64,000 bases of DNA from Escherichia coli (GTDB taxonomy: Bacteria; Pseudomonadota; Gammaproteobacteria; Enterobacterales; Enterobacteriaceae), in the NCBI RefSeq assembly GCF_013122565.1, contig NZ_CP053258.1; one strand, given 5' to 3'. Both the position numbers and the translations under genes were made by a program. The first letter of the stretch is position 1, and every line of letters begins with the position of its first letter. This document shows positions 42,997-52,141 of the stretch, in pieces. A model generated the notes under the pieces. That model was given only the letters and a program-made list of their open reading frames with translations. It was not told the DNA's origin and did not search any database.

Positions 42997-44072
42997 ATGT
43001 TTTCAGTCGCTATTTAATCCGTCATCTCTTTCTCGGTTTTGCCGCCGCCGCAGGGCTATTGCTGCCGCTTTTTACCACCTTCAACCTGATTAACGAACTG
43101 GATGATGTCAGCCCGGGCGGTTATCGCTGGACTCAGGCGGTGCTGGTGGTGCTGATGACCTTACCGCGTACACTGGTCGAACTTTCGCCGTTTATCGCAT
43201 TATTGGGAGGGATTGTTGGCCTGGGGCAGTTATCGAAAAACAGTGAGCTTACCGCCATTCGCAGCACTGGGTTTTCTATCTTCCGTATTGCACTGGTGGC
43301 GCTGGTTGCCGGGATATTGTGGACTGTTTCGTTAGGCGCGATAGATGAGTGGGTGGCGTCGCCGTTGCAGCAACAGGCGCTGCAAATCAAATCGACCGCC
43401 ACCGCGTTGGGGGAGGACGATGACATTACCGGCAATATGCTGTGGGCCAGGCGCGGCAATGAATTTGTGACGGTGAAATCGCTGAACGAGCAGGGCCAGC
43501 CGGTGGGCGTGGAGATATTTCATTATCGCGACGATCTCTCGCTCGAATCCTACATTTATGCACGCAGTGCCACCATTAAAGACGACAAAATGTGGAGCCT
43601 GCATGGTGTGAATCATAAAAAATGGCTTAACGGTAAAGAAACGCTGGAAACATCAGATAATCTTGCCTGGCAATCGGCCTTCACCAGTATGGATCTTGAA
43701 GAGCTATCGATGCCGGGGAATACTTTTTCTGTCCGTCAGCTTAATCATTACATCCATTATTTGCAGGAAACCGGGCAACCCAGCAGCGAATACCGCCTTG
43801 CACTGTGGGAAAAACTGGGGCAACCCATCCTGACCCTGGCGATGATTTTGCTGGCTGTGCCGTTTACCTTTAGCGCCCCGCGCTCGCCAGGGATGGGTAG
43901 CCGTCTCGCTGTAGGCGTCATCGTTGGCTTACTCACCTGGATCAGCTATCAAATCATGGTCAATCTGGGGTTGCTATTTGCGTTGAGCGCACCTGTTACC
44001 GCGCTCGGTTTACCGGTAGCGTTTGTACTGGTGGCGTTGAGCCTGGTGTATTGGTATGACAGACAACATTAA
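42993..44072 (+). CDS. LptF/LptG-family permease, LptG-like
   Basis: 359 aa from ATG overlapping the upstream stop; NHYIHYLQETGQ...RSPGMGSRL resembles LptG NYVKYLKSSGQ...RSVPMGVRV. Confidence 0.7.
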   Translation: MNVFSRYLIRHLFLGFAAAAGLLLPLFTTFNLINELDDVSPGGYRWTQAVLVVLMTLPRTLVELSPFIALLGGIVGLGQLSKNSELTAIRSTGFSIFRIALVALVAGILWTVSLGAIDEWVASPLQQQALQIKSTATALGEDDDITGNMLWARRGNEFVTVKSLNEQGQPVGVEIFHYRDDLSLESYIYARSATIKDDKMWSLHGVNHKKWLNGKETLETSDNLAWQSAFTSMDLEELSMPGNTFSVRQLNHYIHYLQETGQPSSEYRLALWEKLGQPILTLAMILLAVPFTFSAPRSPGMGSRLAVGVIVGLLTWISYQIMVNLGLLFALSAPVTALGLPVAFVLVALSLVYWYDRQH

Positions 44073-44106
44073 ACCCGCCGTGGCGCAACACCACGGCGGG
44101 CTCACA

Positions 44107-45195
44107 TTACTGCTTCAGAGTAGCAAATGCCTGAATGATGGTATCGATTTGCTCACGACTGTGGGCAGCGTTTACGCTACAGCGCAGCAGCGTGATGCCT
44201 GCAGGCGCGGCAGGTGGCAGGATAAGATTCACATAAACGCCCAGCGAAATAAGCTCGCGCCAGATGCGTAAACCTTCCTCTTTCGAACCGATTATTACCG
44301 GCACTACCGGACTAATATGTGAACTTAACTCATAACCCAGTTTTTGCAGACCGTCATACAGATGGTTGGCGTTATCCATCAGTTTTTGCCGCAGCTCTGG
44401 TTGTGTGGCAATGGTTCTTAACGACGAGCGCACGGTCGCAATGCAGGACGGAGAAGGAGAGGCGGTAAAAATATACGGGCGGCTGCCGTAGCGCAGCACT
44501 TCCATCGCTTCCGAACCGACAGCAAAACCGCCAATCGAGGCCAGACTTTTACTGAAGGTACCAACGATAATATCCACATCATCTTCAACGCCAACGGCTT
44601 CAGCCAGTCCGCGCCCCGTTGCGCCTAACACGCCAAACGAATGCGCTTCATCGACAATCAAATAACCACCGAGACGACGTTTGATATCAACAATTTCCGC
44701 TAACGGCGCAACGTCACCGAGCATGCTGTAGATACCCTCAACGATGATAATCGCCTCTTTCGCCCGTTCACCGAGGCGAACCATGCGCCGTTCCAGATCT
44801 TTAGCATCGTTATGGCGGAAACGAATAATTTCCGCGCCACCGAGAGAACAGGCGTCATAAATACTGGCGTGGCTGTCGGCATCCAGTAACACCACGGCGT
44901 TATGGTCGGCAAGTGCGCTGATGACGCCTAAATTAGCGGTATAACCGGTTGAAAAAACGATAGCGGTAGGGCGATTGAAAAACTCGGCAATCTCTTTCTC
45001 TAACGCCAGGTGCGGCGCATAACTGCCGTTTGCCATACGAGAACCGGTGGTGCCGGTGCCTTGGGCCGCTAACGCTGCCTGACCTTCGGTGGCGGAATAC
45101 ACTTCATCAATACAGGTGCCAAACGGTGTTAACCCGTTGTCACTAAATTGCAGTCGCTCGCCAGCAAGGCGCGCATATTTATCGTATAGCCCCAT
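44107..45195 (-). CDS. PLP-dependent alpha-oxoamine synthase (BioF/Kbl/serine palmitoyltransferase family)
   Basis: 362 aa; DEAHSFGVLGATGRG and GTFSKSLASIGGF (PLP-lysine motif). Confidence 0.75.
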   Translation of the reverse strand: MGLYDKYARLAGERLQFSDNGLTPFGTCIDEVYSATEGQAALAAQGTGTTGSRMANGSYAPHLALEKEIAEFFNRPTAIVFSTGYTANLGVISALADHNAVVLLDADSHASIYDACSLGGAEIIRFRHNDAKDLERRMVRLGERAKEAIIIVEGIYSMLGDVAPLAEIVDIKRRLGGYLIVDEAHSFGVLGATGRGLAEAVGVEDDVDIIVGTFSKSLASIGGFAVGSEAMEVLRYGSRPYIFTASPSPSCIATVRSSLRTIATQPELRQKLMDNANHLYDGLQKLGYELSSHISPVVPVIIGSKEEGLRIWRELISLGVYVNLILPPAAPAGITLLRCSVNAAHSREQIDTIIQAFATLKQ

Positions 45196-45443
45196 TATTT
45201 ATTCTCCAGCCATGGAAGTAGAGTTTCCATTAATTGCGCAGGGGTTTTGACATCCAGCAGAATATTAATAGGAATGGAAATATCGAATCTGTCTTCCAGC
45301 ATCATTAAGAGATCCATCACTTTGATCGACTCCAGGCCAAGATCGTTGACGAGATCGCTGTCGGGCTTAATTTCCACACCGTTTTCGACCAAATCCTGTA
45401 AACAGGAAAGGATGTAATCCATTACTATTTCACGATTTACCAT
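45195..45443 (-). CDS. Acyl carrier protein
   Basis: 82 aa; phosphopantetheine attachment-like motif DLGLESIK; stop overlaps the downstream start. Confidence 0.7.
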   Translation of the reverse strand: MVNREIVMDYILSCLQDLVENGVEIKPDSDLVNDLGLESIKVMDLLMMLEDRFDISIPINILLDVKTPAQLMETLLPWLENK

Positions 45444-45474
45444 AGAAACGTTAACACACCTTTAAACAAGACAA

Positions 45475-46389
45475 TCAAAATAGCCCGTTGCGTAATGCGT
45501 GTTCCAGGCTAATCCCGGGAAACCAATTAATATCTTCAGAAATACGGTTATTATTTGCCGACCAGTCGGCGTGGGTTAATTCACGAATTTTCGAGCGGGT
45601 CAGCATAGGTTCTTTACCTGCCAGGCGACTCAACGCAGTACTGATATCCGCAAGGCAGGTGAGTACCGGCAGAGGAATGCCAACCATCCGCACAGAACCA
45701 CAACGGGCTTCGGCGGCAAGCTGTCGTACGCGTTGCCAGTCATAGCCGCCAGCGACGCCATCGCATAATTCATAGGTTTGCGTCTGTACAGTTTCGGCGC
45801 TTAACCACTGACCCACGGCTTGCGCGAAATCGGTGACGTGCAGGAAAGAGAGCTGTGTATCTGGCGCACCAAGTCGTGGCAGCAGGCCGCGCAGCATCCA
45901 GTCAAACAGCGGTTTTAACTCTTTATCGCCTGGACCATACACGGCTGTCGGGCGAAAAACGCCCAGCGTAATTTCATCAGCCATTGCAGTCAGCCGTTGT
46001 TCGGCGACGTGTTTGGAATTTGCGTACCAGGAGAGTTCGGGATGGCGCGCCGCCAGCGAAGAGATAAACAGAAAACGTTGGCAAAAGCCGCTCTCTTTTG
46101 CCGCTTGCATCAGGCGCAGGCTGCCGTCAACGTTACAGTGGGTAAAAATCTCTTCTTTGTGTCCGCGCACTTGCCCGGCGCAATGGACCACCGCGCTGGC
46201 TCCGGCAACCAGTTCGCTAAGTGAATGAGTATCTTCCAGCGAACCGCGCACCCAGGTGAGATTGTCATTGACGTGAGCGCGGGCAGTACGCGTCAATGCG
46301 CGAACGTGAAAGCCGCGGGCGAGCAGGTTATCGATAATATATTTACCGATAAACCCGGTAGCGCCCGTCACCGCGACAGTTTGATTCAT
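45475..46389 (-). CDS. NAD(P)-dependent epimerase/dehydratase-family reductase
   Basis: ~304 aa from Met MNQTVAVTGATGFIGKYI (Rossmann GxTGxxG); ATG overlaps the stop of the upstream ligase gene; the ORF track extends to 46599. Confidence 0.7.
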   Translation of the reverse strand: MNQTVAVTGATGFIGKYIIDNLLARGFHVRALTRTARAHVNDNLTWVRGSLEDTHSLSELVAGASAVVHCAGQVRGHKEEIFTHCNVDGSLRLMQAAKESGFCQRFLFISSLAARHPELSWYANSKHVAEQRLTAMADEITLGVFRPTAVYGPGDKELKPLFDWMLRGLLPRLGAPDTQLSFLHVTDFAQAVGQWLSAETVQTQTYELCDGVAGGYDWQRVRQLAAEARCGSVRMVGIPLPVLTCLADISTALSRLAGKEPMLTRSKIRELTHADWSANNNRISEDINWFPGISLEHALRNGLF

Positions 46390-48107
46390 GCCAGGGATTC
46401 CTGCACATGAAGACTGGCAGCATAAGCCTTCTGATAACGTTTTTTCGCTTCCGCACGGGCAGGCTTGCCGGAGGACGTTCGGGGAATACTGTGGGGCGGC
46501 AACAGATCGATAGCCGCGGTCACGCCAAATTCGCTTTGGATCCGTGCCGCCAGCGCGTGGATAAGCTGCCCGCGACGTTCTTCGTCGCTGATCCGACACT
46601 GGATCTGCAAAATGATTTTTTCCTGGGCGGTAACAAAAGCAATCGCATCGCCAGAATGAATTTCCGGTTCCTGTTCCGCAATATATTCAATATCCTGCGG
46701 CCAGATATTACGGCCACGAATAATAATCAGATCTTTAATGCGTCCGGTGACATACAGATAACCGTCCAGCAGATAACCGAGGTCGCCGGTGTCTAACCAG
46801 CCCGTCGCGGCAATCTCGTCTTGCGAAGCCTGGTCGCCAAAGTAACCGCTCATCAGGCTAGGGCCGGAGATGCAAATATGGCCTACCACACGTTCCGCGA
46901 CAGGTATACCTGCTTCATTGCGGATTTCAATGCCATGTTCCGGCAACGCTTTGCCGCAGTTGACGAAAGTCGATACGGCGCGTGTCTCTGCACCCGGCGC
47001 GACGGCTTTACCCTGATATTCGAGGATGTCGCGATCCACTTCGTTAACCACAACCCCGGAGGCTTCATCAGAGAAGCTGACAGCCAGCGCATTTTCTGCC
47101 AGTCCGTAGCACGGCATGAAAGTTTTATTGTCAAAGTTAACCTGACGGAAACATTCAGCGAATTGATGGAGTTGTTCTGCGGAGATGGGTTCTGCACCAA
47201 TACCAGCGACGCGCCAGGAGGAAAGATCCAGTTCAGCGAGATCTTTTTCATTCACGCGGCGCTGGCACAATTCATAGCCAAACGGCGGCGCAACGGAAAC
47301 GGTGCCGCGATTTTTACTGATCAATTTAAGCCATTGCAGAGGACGCATGGCAAAATCCTGAGTGCGCAAATAATCTACTGAAAGCTGCGTGGCGACAGGG
47401 GTCAGGAGAAAGCCGACCAGTCCCATATCATGGTAGAAAGGCAGCCAGGAGACGCAGCGGTCGCCAGGGCGTAATTTAATGCCATCGTGGCTTATAGCAC
47501 GTAGATTAGCCATCACTTCGCGATGGGTGATAATGACGCCACGGGGAAAACGGGTGCTGCCGGAGGTGTACTGGAGGTAGGCGATATCGTTCGGAACTGG
47601 ACGCTGGAGCGCAACATCGGCTTCCGGTAATGCCTTAAACCAGGCGTGGCTTAAAACATGTAATTCGGGATTGTTATGCGTCGCGGCATTGACCAGTGGC
47701 AACCACTCATCACCAGTGATAATGGCTGCGGGCTGGCAACTTGCCAGTAAACCCTGCAGTTTGGCGCTCCAGGAATCCCGCTGACCGACGCCCATTGGAA
47801 TCGCCAACGGGACGGCGACTAAGCCGGCATACTGGCAGGCAAAAAAAGCCTCTACGAACCCGCTACTGGTTTCGGCAATCAGCGCCACGCGATCGCCTTT
47901 TTTCAGGTTCAGCGATAACAACCGCTTCGCACCAGCTTCGGCACGCGCTTTTAACGTCTGATATTCCAGTTGATCTTCAAGTTGGCAACGTCTGTCATAA
48001 AAATTCATTCCAGCGCTACTCAGAGCGGCGTAGTCCAAAGCATCAACCAGCGTTGGAAAATCGGCATAGCGCATAGGTAGGGAATGCGTAAAGATTTTAT
48101 TAGACAT
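46386..48107 (-). CDS. Fatty acyl-AMP ligase / acyl-ACP synthetase (adenylate-forming superfamily)
   Basis: ~573 aa from Met MSNKIFTHSL; AMP-binding motifs YTSGSTRFPRGV, GYGLAE; C-terminal SSGKPAR. Confidence 0.75.
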   Translation of the reverse strand: MSNKIFTHSLPMRYADFPTLVDALDYAALSSAGMNFYDRRCQLEDQLEYQTLKARAEAGAKRLLSLNLKKGDRVALIAETSSGFVEAFFACQYAGLVAVPLAIPMGVGQRDSWSAKLQGLLASCQPAAIITGDEWLPLVNAATHNNPELHVLSHAWFKALPEADVALQRPVPNDIAYLQYTSGSTRFPRGVIITHREVMANLRAISHDGIKLRPGDRCVSWLPFYHDMGLVGFLLTPVATQLSVDYLRTQDFAMRPLQWLKLISKNRGTVSVAPPFGYELCQRRVNEKDLAELDLSSWRVAGIGAEPISAEQLHQFAECFRQVNFDNKTFMPCYGLAENALAVSFSDEASGVVVNEVDRDILEYQGKAVAPGAETRAVSTFVNCGKALPEHGIEIRNEAGIPVAERVVGHICISGPSLMSGYFGDQASQDEIAATGWLDTGDLGYLLDGYLYVTGRIKDLIIIRGRNIWPQDIEYIAEQEPEIHSGDAIAFVTAQEKIILQIQCRISDEERRGQLIHALAARIQSEFGVTAAIDLLPPHSIPRTSSGKPARAEAKKRYQKAYAASLHVQESLA

Positions 48108-48477
48108 ATACACCACGAAAAAATTGGATATCAAAAATAAAATGACAATAATGCGGTGGATTATATAGGCATAAAAGATAAATGAGATAGTATTTTCATC
48201 AGTGTGAAAATGAACATTGATTTAAATAATAGGTTTGGTTTTGTTGTTTTTATTGTGAATGATATTTAATTTATGAATATATTAAGAAGAAGCCTTGTCC
48301 GGTCGCCTTAAATCGACAAAAGGCATTGTGGCGCTTCTGTGTAGTCTCTGACCTTATCTTAATCATTAATAAATACTATTTATTCTTTATTTGTATTCAT
48401 TGGGTTGATTATTAAGATGCCGTTCGTTGCTGTTGTAACCTGTTTGTCACCGTTAATTATTTGTTATCCACAGAGAT
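48108..48477. promoter_or_regulatory. AT-rich divergent intergenic control region between the ligase operon and yghO
   Basis: 370 bp of strongly AT-rich sequence with A/T tracts between divergent gene starts. Confidence 0.5.
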
Positions 48478-49620
48478 ATGGAATGCGATCTGCTGATGAT
48501 TAAAATTGAAAAAGTAATTAATAAAAATGACCTTAAGGCATTTATCGCTTTTCCGTCATCACTTTATCCCGACGATCCAAACTGGATACCCCCTTTATTC
48601 ATTGAACGCAACGAGCATTTGTCTGCGAAAAATCCGGGGACGGACCATATCATCTGGCAGGCGTGGGTGGCAAAAAAAGCGGGGCAGATAGTTGGGCGTA
48701 TTACCGCGCAAATAGATACCTTGCACCGCGAGCGTTACGGCAAAGATACCGGTCATTTCGGCATGATTGACGCCATTGATGATCCGCAGGTTTTTGCCGC
48801 GTTGTTTGGCGCAGCGGAAGCGTGGTTGAAGTCACAAGGTGCAAGTAAGATCAGCGGTCCTTTCAGCCTGAATATCAATCAGGAAAGCGGATTACTGATT
48901 GAAGGTTTCGATACACCACCCTGTGCGATGATGCCGCACGGTAAACCGTGGTATGCCGCGCATATTGAACAATTGGGTTATCACAAAGGCATTGATTTAC
49001 TGGCGTGGTGGATGCAGCGAACCGATCTCACTTTCTCTCCGGCGCTAAAAAAACTGATGGATCAGGTGCGCAAAAAGGTGACCATTCGCTGCATCAATCG
49101 CCAGCGGTTTGCCGAAGAGATGCAGATCCTGCGTGAGATTTTCAACTCTGGCTGGCAGCACAACTGGGGATTTGTGCCGTTTACCGAACATGAATTCGCG
49201 ACCATGGGCGACCAACTTAAATATCTGGTGCCGGACGATATGATCTACATCGCTGAGATTGATTCTGCACCCTGCGCGTTTATTGTCGGCTTGCCGAACA
49301 TCAACGAGGCGATTGCCGATCTGAACGGATCGCTCTTTCCCTTCGGCTGGGCAAAATTGCTGTGGCGTTTGAAAGTCAGCGGTGTGCGAACTGCGCGAGT
49401 ACCGCTGATGGGCGTGCGCGACGAGTATCAGTTCAGCCGCATCGGCCCGGTAATTGCGCTGTTATTGATTGAAGCCTTACGCGATCCGTTTGCCCGCCGG
49501 AAGATCGATGCGCTGGAGATGTCATGGATCCTCGAAACCAATACAGGCATGAATAACATGCTGGAACGCATTGGGGCGGAGCCGTACAAGCGTTACCGAT
49601 TGTATGAAAAGCAGATTTAA
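48478..49620 (+). CDS. yghO: YghO, acyl-CoA N-acyltransferase-like protein (intact)
   Basis: 380 aa uninterrupted ORF; position next to glcC; alternative start at MIKIEK (48496). Confidence 0.7.
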   Translation: MECDLLMIKIEKVINKNDLKAFIAFPSSLYPDDPNWIPPLFIERNEHLSAKNPGTDHIIWQAWVAKKAGQIVGRITAQIDTLHRERYGKDTGHFGMIDAIDDPQVFAALFGAAEAWLKSQGASKISGPFSLNINQESGLLIEGFDTPPCAMMPHGKPWYAAHIEQLGYHKGIDLLAWWMQRTDLTFSPALKKLMDQVRKKVTIRCINRQRFAEEMQILREIFNSGWQHNWGFVPFTEHEFATMGDQLKYLVPDDMIYIAEIDSAPCAFIVGLPNINEAIADLNGSLFPFGWAKLLWRLKVSGVRTARVPLMGVRDEYQFSRIGPVIALLLIEALRDPFARRKIDALEMSWILETNTGMNNMLERIGAEPYKRYRLYEKQI

Positions 49621-49626
49621 TACCAG

Positions 49627-50391
49627 CTAACTCAGGTTCATCTCCAGCGGCACCGCCGAGCGAATCAAATGGTGGCCTTCCAGCTCGATATCGTGGAGAT
49701 TCTTTTTCACGGTCCGCACATGATCGCGTGCTGCGCGCTGGGCGACGTGCGGCAGCCGCTGCAACACCGCGTTGTAGATCCGCGCATGCTGGCGATCGAT
49801 CTGCTTTTTTTGCTGTGGTCGATGGTAGAGATTATTTACGCTGGCAAACACTGAATTAAACATCAGATCGGTCAATGATTGTAGCGTAAACACCAGCACC
49901 TGATTGTGAGAAGCCTGACAAATGGCGAGATGGAAAGCGTGATCCAACTGAGCATGTTCGATCAGCGAAATCTCTTTGTTGTTCTCACTGGCGGCGAGCA
50001 TTTTTTCATAACAGCGGGTTATCACAACAAAATCAGCCTGGGTTCCCAGCGTTGCCGCAAGCCTTGCCGATTCGCCCTCCAGCAATGCGCGAACGTCGAG
50101 CAGATCGTACAGCGTTCGCGGCTGCGTGCTGAACAGATGAATTAGCGGGCTGGTGTCCTGCACCCGATTAAGCCGTGCGACACGAGAATCGCGACCCTGC
50201 GCTGTTTCAATAATCCCGCGCCCGCGCAGCACGGTCAGTCCTTCACGCAGTGCGGAGCGTGAGAAGCCGAGCTTTTCACACAGTCGACGTTCCGAGGGAA
50301 GCGGCTGACCGACCTTCAGTACGCCGTCGATAATTAACCGTTCGATACTCTCTGCAACCACTTCGCAAATAGGGCGACGTTCATCTTTCAT
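49627..50391 (-). CDS. glcC: GntR-family transcriptional activator of the glc operon
   Basis: 254 aa from Met MKDERRPICEVVAESIERLIIDGVLKVGQPLPSER. Confidence 0.92.
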   Translation of the reverse strand: MKDERRPICEVVAESIERLIIDGVLKVGQPLPSERRLCEKLGFSRSALREGLTVLRGRGIIETAQGRDSRVARLNRVQDTSPLIHLFSTQPRTLYDLLDVRALLEGESARLAATLGTQADFVVITRCYEKMLAASENNKEISLIEHAQLDHAFHLAICQASHNQVLVFTLQSLTDLMFNSVFASVNNLYHRPQQKKQIDRQHARIYNAVLQRLPHVAQRAARDHVRTVKKNLHDIELEGHHLIRSAVPLEMNLS

Positions 50392-50641
50392 TCCCGGACC
50401 TCGTACACAGGTAGGACCAATTTTTCTGTTCTTAACTCGCAAAACACGCACATCACGTAAGTGAATATGTTACATCGATTTAACATTAAGTTAACCAAGA
50501 CAAGGTCACAGAGCTGGAAAAAAAATGGTCTGACCGGTAGCTAAAGAGATAGACGAAAACGAAAAGTCCGCTTAATAACTGTTCACAGAAGCAGCGCGCA
50601 AAAATCAGCTGCCACACAACACAACAAAGCGAAGCCTACTC

Positions 50642-52141
50642 ATGAGCATCTTGTACGAAGAGCGTCTTGATGGCGCTTTACCCGATGTCGACCGCACATC
50701 GGTACTGATGGCACTGCGTGAGCATGTCCCTGGACTTGAGATCCTGCATACCGATGAGGAGATCATTCCTTACGAGTGTGACGGGTTGAGCGCGTATCGC
50801 ACGCGTCCATTACTGGTTGTTCTGCCTAATCAGATGGAACAGGTGACAGCGATTCTGGCTGTCTGCCACCGCCTGCGTGTACCGGTGGTGACCCGTGGTG
50901 CAGGCACCGGGCTTTCTGGTGGCGCGCTGCCGCTGGAAAAAGGTGTGTTGTTGGTGATGGCGCGCTTTAAAGAGATCCTCGACATTAACCCCGTTGGTCG
51001 CCGCGCGCGCGTGCAGCCGGGCGTGCGTAACCTGGCGATCTCCCAGGCCGTTGCGCCGCATAATCTCTATTACGCGCCGGATCCTTCCTCACAAATCGCC
51101 TGTTCAATTGGCGGCAATGTGGCGGAAAATGCCGGTGGCGTCCACTGCCTGAAATATGGTCTGACCGTACATAACCTGCTGAAAATTGAAGTGCAAACGC
51201 TGGACGGCGAGGCGCTGACGCTGGGATCGGACGCGCTGGATTCGCCTGGTTTTGACCTGCTGGCGCTGTTCACCGGATCGGAAGGTATGCTCGGCGTGAC
51301 CACCGAAGTAACGGTGAAGCTGTTGCCGAAGCCGCCCGTGGCGCGGGTTCTGTTAGCCAGCTTTGACTCGGTAGAAAAAGCCGGACTTGCAGTTGGTGAC
51401 ATCATCGCCAATGGCATTATCCCCGGCGGGCTGGAGATGATGGATAACCTGTCGATCCGCGCGGCGGAAGATTTTATTCATGCCGGTTATCCCGTCGACG
51501 CCGAAGCAATTTTGTTATGCGAGCTGGACGGCGTGGAGTCTGACGTACAGGAAGACTGCGAGCGGGTTAACGACATCTTGTTGAAAGCGGGCGCGACTGA
51601 CGTCCGTCTGGCACAGGACGAAGCAGAGCGCGTACGTTTCTGGGCCGGTCGCAAAAATGCGTTCCCGGCGGTAGGACGTATCTCCCCGGATTACTACTGC
51701 ATGGATGGCACCATCCCGCGTCGCGCCCTGCCTGGCGTACTGGAAGGCATTGCCCGTTTATCGCAGCAATATGATTTACGTGTTGCCAACGTGTTTCATG
51801 CCGGAGATGGCAACATGCACCCGTTAATCCTTTTCGATGCCAACGAACCCGGTGAATTTGCCCGCGCGGAAGAGCTGGGTGGGAAGATCCTCGAACTCTG
51901 CGTTGAAGTTGGCGGCAGCATCAGTGGGGAACATGGCATCGGGCGAGAAAAAATCAATCAAATGTGCGCCCAGTTCAACAGCGATGAAATCACGACCTTC
52001 CATGCGGTCAAGGCGGCGTTTGACCCCGATGGTTTGCTGAACCCTGGGAAAAACATTCCCACGCTACACCGCTGTGCTGAATTTGGTGCCATGCATGTGC
52101 ATCACGGTCATTTACCTTTCCCTGAACTGGAGCGTTTCTGA
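50642..52141 (+). CDS. glcD: Glycolate oxidase FAD-linked subunit
   Basis: 499 aa; FAD-binding PCMH domain. Confidence 0.93.
   Translation: MSILYEERLDGALPDVDRTSVLMALREHVPGLEILHTDEEIIPYECDGLSAYRTRPLLVVLPNQMEQVTAILAVCHRLRVPVVTRGAGTGLSGGALPLEKGVLLVMARFKEILDINPVGRRARVQPGVRNLAISQAVAPHNLYYAPDPSSQIACSIGGNVAENAGGVHCLKYGLTVHNLLKIEVQTLDGEALTLGSDALDSPGFDLLALFTGSEGMLGVTTEVTVKLLPKPPVARVLLASFDSVEKAGLAVGDIIANGIIPGGLEMMDNLSIRAAEDFIHAGYPVDAEAILLCELDGVESDVQEDCERVNDILLKAGATDVRLAQDEAERVRFWAGRKNAFPAVGRISPDYYCMDGTIPRRALPGVLEGIARLSQQYDLRVANVFHAGDGNMHPLILFDANEPGEFARAEELGGKILELCVEVGGSISGEHGIGREKINQMCAQFNSDEITTFHAVKAAFDPDGLLNPGKNIPTLHRCAEFGAMHVHHGHLPFPELERF

Noticed and set aside
46821-47381. 186-aa plus-strand ORF inside the fatty acyl-AMP ligase gene
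   Set aside because: Opposite strand of a gene with clear adenylate-forming-enzyme motifs; no RBS; considered spurious.
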